Shown: positions 58,452 to 64,000 of the stretch, in pieces
Layout: each line of letters begins with the position of its first letter
How positions within the stretch are numbered: position 1 is the stretch's first letter
Assembly (NCBI RefSeq): GCF_009914755.1
Contig: NC_060926.1
Length of the DNA stretch: 64,000 bases
Strand: one strand, 5' to 3'
DNA from: the human T2T-CHM13v2.0 reference genome, Homo sapiens
Program-made: the position numbers and the translations under genes
The notes under the pieces: generated by a model
Told to the model about the DNA's origin: nothing
Seen by the model: the letters and a program-made list of their open reading frames with translations, nothing else
Databases searched by the model: none

Positions 58452-59773
58452 CTCTAAAATACTTTTTCCAAATGTTTGAGTGTTAAATTTTATTATGATG
58501 CTTGTATTATTATTTAAAATATTGTGTGTTTCTAGAGGGAACCAGGGGGTTCTTGAGACCAGATTTTTGTGCAACTTGGGCAAAAATACTAGATTCCGAG
58601 AGTTTGTAGAGAAGATTGAATTGAAGGAATGGAGGGTTCAGTCAGGTCAAAGACAAGATCACACATTTATTGGAATGGCAATAAGCCTCAAGAGTTGTAA
58701 GGGTAGAGTTGTTTAGGACTAGTAGATACTAGTTATCTAGGGTATTGAGTTTCTTTTCCCATTAGTATTCTTTTCTCTATTGCCTGGGTAAGAACTTTAC
58801 CACCTTTCAGCCTCCTAGCCCTTTCATCTATTTTAACGAAAAAGAACGCTGAGTTGGCCTGAAAAAGATCAGGGCATCTAGGCTTTACCCTGACTCTTCT
58901 GCTGACTTGTGTGACATTTGACTTCTTTGAACTTAGGTTTTTTCATCTGTAAGGTAGGACTGTTTAGATAATTTCTTAAATGTTTTCCATCTTGAATTCC
59001 TTATTTTTGCGATTCTCACAAATGAGCTTGATTTTATTTGCTTCCATTCTGTTCTGTTGGTTCTGCTCTTTACCTCAATCTGTGTCCACTGGTCTCAACC
59101 CTCTATTACTTTAATGTAACTGAACTGTTTCCCAAATTACTCTGAATTGTAATCCGAGGATGGGAATTCCATTGACTGTACTCTGTATCGGGGAGAAATA
59201 CTTCAACAAAACAAAGTAATAACCCACTCTTTCTAAATGTCAAATGTTTTCAAAAACAAGATATTAATTGATTAGGAATATATAGTATCAGACACTTTTT
59301 TGTATTAAAAGGACAATATAGTATTAAGTAGTATACTAATTTTTACTACATTCATCATATCTATAAGGCAGTATTAGGGTTGGTTCTTAACATGGATTAT
59401 GTTATGTATTTTAGGGCTGGTAAATTTTAAAGAAATTTCATCTCTAGCTTTGTTGCTGTTATCCTATTCATTCTTTGGAAGGATATTATTAAAACAAATG
59501 AAAATTTTTATCTTCAAACTGATAGTGGAGTTAAATTAACATTAAATATTTCCCCTAAATATATACTTATCAGAGCAAACATGTAATTTTACTGAATACT
59601 TGTACAGGTACACATACCTTTAAGTCAGTATAGTGTAACATTATTATAAGGATGAATGTTGCTTACTGTGCCCATTATTTTGTGTCCTTTTCTGGTAAGT
59701 TTTTTTTAATAAAAAGTTTGCAAAACACTTTTCAAACTAAAACTCTTATCAGTTTGTAAACTAAAATTTTTCT

Positions 59774-61394
59774 TTTTTCTTTTTATTTTTATTTTATTTA
59801 TTTATTTTTTTTTAATTGATCATTCTTGGGTGTTTCTCGCAGAGGGGGAGTTGGCAGGGTCATAGGATAATAGTGGAGGGAAGGTCAGCAGATAAACAAG
59901 TGAACAAAGGTCTCTGGTTTTCCTAGGCAGAGGACCCTGCGGCCTTCCGCAGTGTTTGTGTCCCTGGGTACTTGAGATTAGGGAGTGGTGATGACTCTTA
60001 ACGAGCATGCTGCCTTCAAGCATCTGTTTAACAAAGCACATCTTGCACCGCCCTTAATCCATTTAACCCTGAGTGGACACAGCACATGTTTCAGAGAGCA
60101 CAGGGTTGGGGCTAAGGTCACCGATCATCAGGATCCCAAGGCAGAAGAATTTTTCTTGGTACAGAACAAAATGAAAAGTCTCCCATGTCTACTTCTTTCT
60201 ACACAGACACGGCAACCATCCGATTTCCCAATCTTTTCCCCACCTTTCCCCCCTTTCTATTCCACAAAACCGCCATTGTCATCCCGGCCCGTTCTCAATG
60301 AGCTGTTGGGTACACCTCCCAGACGGGGTGGTGGCCGGGCAGAGGGGCTCCTCACATCCCAGTAGGGGCGGCCGGGCAGAGGCGCCCCTCATCTCCCAGA
60401 CGGGGCGGCTGGCCGGGCGGGGGGCTGACCCCCCCACCTCCCTCCCGGACGGGGCGGGTGGCTGGGCGGGGGACTGACTCCCCCACCTCCCTCCCAGACG
60501 GGGCAGCTGGCCGGGCAGAGGGGCTCCTCACTTCCCAGACGGGGTGGCTGCCGGGCGTAGGGGCTCCTCACTTCTCAGACGGGGCGGCTGCCGGGCGGAG
60601 GGGCTCCTCACTTCTCAGACGGGGCGGTTGCCAGGCGGAGGGTCTCCTCACTTCTCAGATGGGGCGGCCGGGCAGAGATGCTCCTCACCTCCCAGACGGG
60701 GTCGCGGCCGGGCGCCCTCATATCCCAGACGGGGCGGCGGGGCAGAGGCGCTCCCCACATCTCAGGCGATGGGCGGCTGGGCAGAGACGCTCCTCACTTC
60801 CTAGACGGGATGGCGGCCAGGAAGAGGCGCTCCTCACTTTCCAGACTGGGCAGCCAGGCAGAGGGGCTCCTCACGTCCCAGACGATGGGCAGCCACGCAG
60901 AGACGCTCCTCACTTCCCAGATGGGGTGGCGGCCGGGCAGAGGCTGCAATCTCGGCACTTTGGGAGGCCAAGGCAGGCGGCTGGGAGGTGGAGGTTGTAG
61001 CGAGCCGAGATCACGCCACTGCACTCCAGCCTGGGCACCATTGAGCACTGAGTGAACCAGACTCCGTCTGCAATCCCGGCACCTCGGGAGGCCGAGGCTG
61101 GCGGATCACTCGCGGTTAGGAGCTGGAGACCAGCCCGGCCAACACAGCGAAACCCCGTCTCCACCAAAAAAGTACGAAAACCAGTCAGGCGTGGCGGCGC
61201 GCGCCTGTAATCGCAGGCACTCGGCAGGCTGAGGCAGGAGAATCAGGCAGGGAGGTTGCAGTGAGCCAAGATGGCAGCAGTACAGTCCAGCTTCTGCTCG
61301 GCATCAGAGGGAGACCGTGGAAAGAGAGGGAGAGGGAGACCATGGGCCGTGGGGAGAGGGAGAGGGAGAGGGAGCGGGAGAGGGAGAGGGAGAC
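59774..61394 (-). mobile_element. SVA retrotransposon (SVA_D-like), antisense in ABI2 intron 2
   Basis: On the - strand: (CCCTCT)n hexamers (~61320-61392), Alu-like region, GC-rich VNTR (~60320-60930), SINE-R (~59815-60310) and poly(A). Perfect 17-bp TSD TAAACTAAAATTTTTCT at 59757-59773 and 61395-61411, at a TT/AGAAAA L1-endonuclease-type site. Subfamily judged by eye. Confidence 0.96.
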
Positions 61395-61727
61395 TAAACT
61401 AAAATTTTTCTAAGCGAGGCCCATCTTTTTTCTTTGCTAGTAAAATTAGTCAGTACTTATCCATGTTCAAGTTTGTCATGGCTTAGAAAAAAAGATTAAG
61501 CAAGGTCAAAAGGCAACATAAAGAACTTAAGAAAGTAGTGCTCTTCCCACCTTCCCAAGGGCTGAGTAGGACTTACTGGGCCAGGTGTTAAATTAGTTAG
61601 CAGGTAACAATTAAAGGAGCTGGAAAATAATTATCATAAAATAATATAAAATTGGAAGTAATTCTTCTCAAGAGCTAGGTATTGAAAGGCAGTGGCCTTA
61701 AGAACTCAACAAGTAGGGTAGCTTTTA

Positions 61728-62386
<659 letters not shown>

Positions 62387-64000
62387 GGAATTTCCAATTT
62401 TAATTAAGGAGATACACTGAAGGTTATCAATACGTAATTATGCATAGAAAGTAGACTTTTTATACTTCCCAATTAATTTCCTATGTAGTTTTTATATCAC
62501 TTTATATAAAAAAACTGAAAATTACTCTGTTAGTAACTAATTTGTTTTATGAATGATACATAATTTGAAGCATAATTGTAATTTAAATGTTTATTTGAAA
62601 CATTAGCTTACTAATAAAAAAAATTGAGACATATTTAAAAACACCCAATTTAGTTGGGTTAATCCACTGTAACTGTTTGATTGCAGATGTTTTCCCACAC
62701 TGATGGGCAGCTAACTGAGGTAGTGCTATCCAGTACAGTCAACTTTCAATTATCTGTGGTAATGGGAAATGACAATGCATGGATAATCCTAAAACAAAAT
62801 ATTTTATACAGTACCTTCCTGTCATCTGCTGTGGCCTGAGCATGTGCTTGGGTTCATGAGGGAGATGTGGGAGTGGGGCTCAGGCTTGCAAAGGAGCTGG
62901 GAGTCAGTATGATTATCTCAAGGCCATAAGAGGTATCCTTAAGGAACCTGGGTTTGGCACTGTGTGGCTGAAGTGTCATGGGGAAAGCCTGCAGCATGCA
63001 AGATCAGCTTGGCAATATCAGTGAGAAGGATGGGGAAGCTAATTAATAAGGAACTGTGGGAGAATAGTTGTTTATTAAGTCCTATACAATTGCAGTGATA
63101 TATCTTGGTGTGTTTTTTGGTTAATGGGATCTGTAGCAAACAATAATTATATTAATTGTGTATTTGAATTAGTTTTGGTCATCTTTGATTGCTAGCAGAA
63201 CACATTTTTTACTTGCCACAGGTGAGTGCTGTTATTGAGGTCTCTTCTAAATAAGTAGGTTTATTGTCATATAACTAGTAACTTAAAAAACCCAGAATAA
63301 ATTTGAAATACTTTTCTTACTTTTAAAATTCATCCTAAATATCAGTGTTGAACTTGTACTTCCAAAATTTAACTTAATGAAATTTAACATTGTAATGTCA
63401 AAGAATATCATGAGGGCAAATGCCATAATTACTGATACTGTGAATTTGATGTAGGAAAAATATAGTAGCCATATTTTATTTAAGAATATGTTACAGGAGC
63501 TTTCCTAAATTTCTTTTACAACTGACAATTGTCTACGAATTTATGAATGTTAAAGCTGCATGATAGATGTGAGGAGGGAGTGTTTATTATTCTATCTAAT
63601 TTGAATATGCTTATTTTCTACAAGTGAAAGCTATAAAAAAATTGAAGCAGATGATTGCTGAAAACCTTAGAATCTTCTGGACCAACCTGAGAATCTTCTG
63701 CTTGTTTATGAAATAGATTTAGTGCTCTCTGTCAAATTATTCAAACTCCAAATAGAACCGTAGCCATTTTCTAAAGGCATGTTTTCTTCTGCCCACAGGC
63801 AATACTGCAGTTCAACCCCGTGTGGTAGTATGATGGCAAGAATGCAAATTATACCGTTGTTAGATTACCTTTATTATTATAGATGTTTTTTAAAAGTTAT
63901 TTACTTAAAATATCTATACTTAGGCAAATTAGAGGCGTTGATCTTGAGTCGACTTTTGTGACCAAATTTGGAAACAATTGCAGTTTGAGATTGAATGAGG

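Noticed and set aside
59820-61167. Overlapping ORFs up to 180 aa
   Set aside because: They lie in the GC-rich SVA VNTR, Alu-like and SINE-R regions, where stop codons are scarce for compositional reasons.

Overview
Primate genomic DNA, most likely human, containing the 5' part of ABI2 (Abl interactor 2) on the + strand: a CpG-island promoter (~15.9-17.0 kb), coding exon 1 (16453-16569, [39 protein letters not shown]), a 38.2-kb intron 1, coding exon 2 (54757-54924) and the start of intron 2. Upstream is a disabled processed MRPL50 pseudogene (- strand). The rest is mostly interspersed repeats: roughly 70 Alu copies or fragments by eye, old L1/L2/MIR pieces, DNA transposons (Tigger3b, MER2, MER58, MER96B-like), MaLR LTRs, a sense-oriented LTR12 solo LTR and an antisense SVA with a 17-bp TSD. 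Almost all ORF-track entries are repeat-derived noise. I cannot demonstrate a new multi-gene system here. The most interesting leads are a poly-Arg (AGG)6 uORF stopping 2 nt before the ABI2 start codon, a tRNA-Gly-body pseudogene with a Glu (TTC) anticodon and no Pol III terminator, an unidentified 495-bp insertion inside an old L1, AG|GT recursive-splice-like sites, and a symmetric exon 2 flanked by inverted Alus. Repeat family names are recalled by eye, not from a search, and repeat boundaries are approximate unless a TSD is given.
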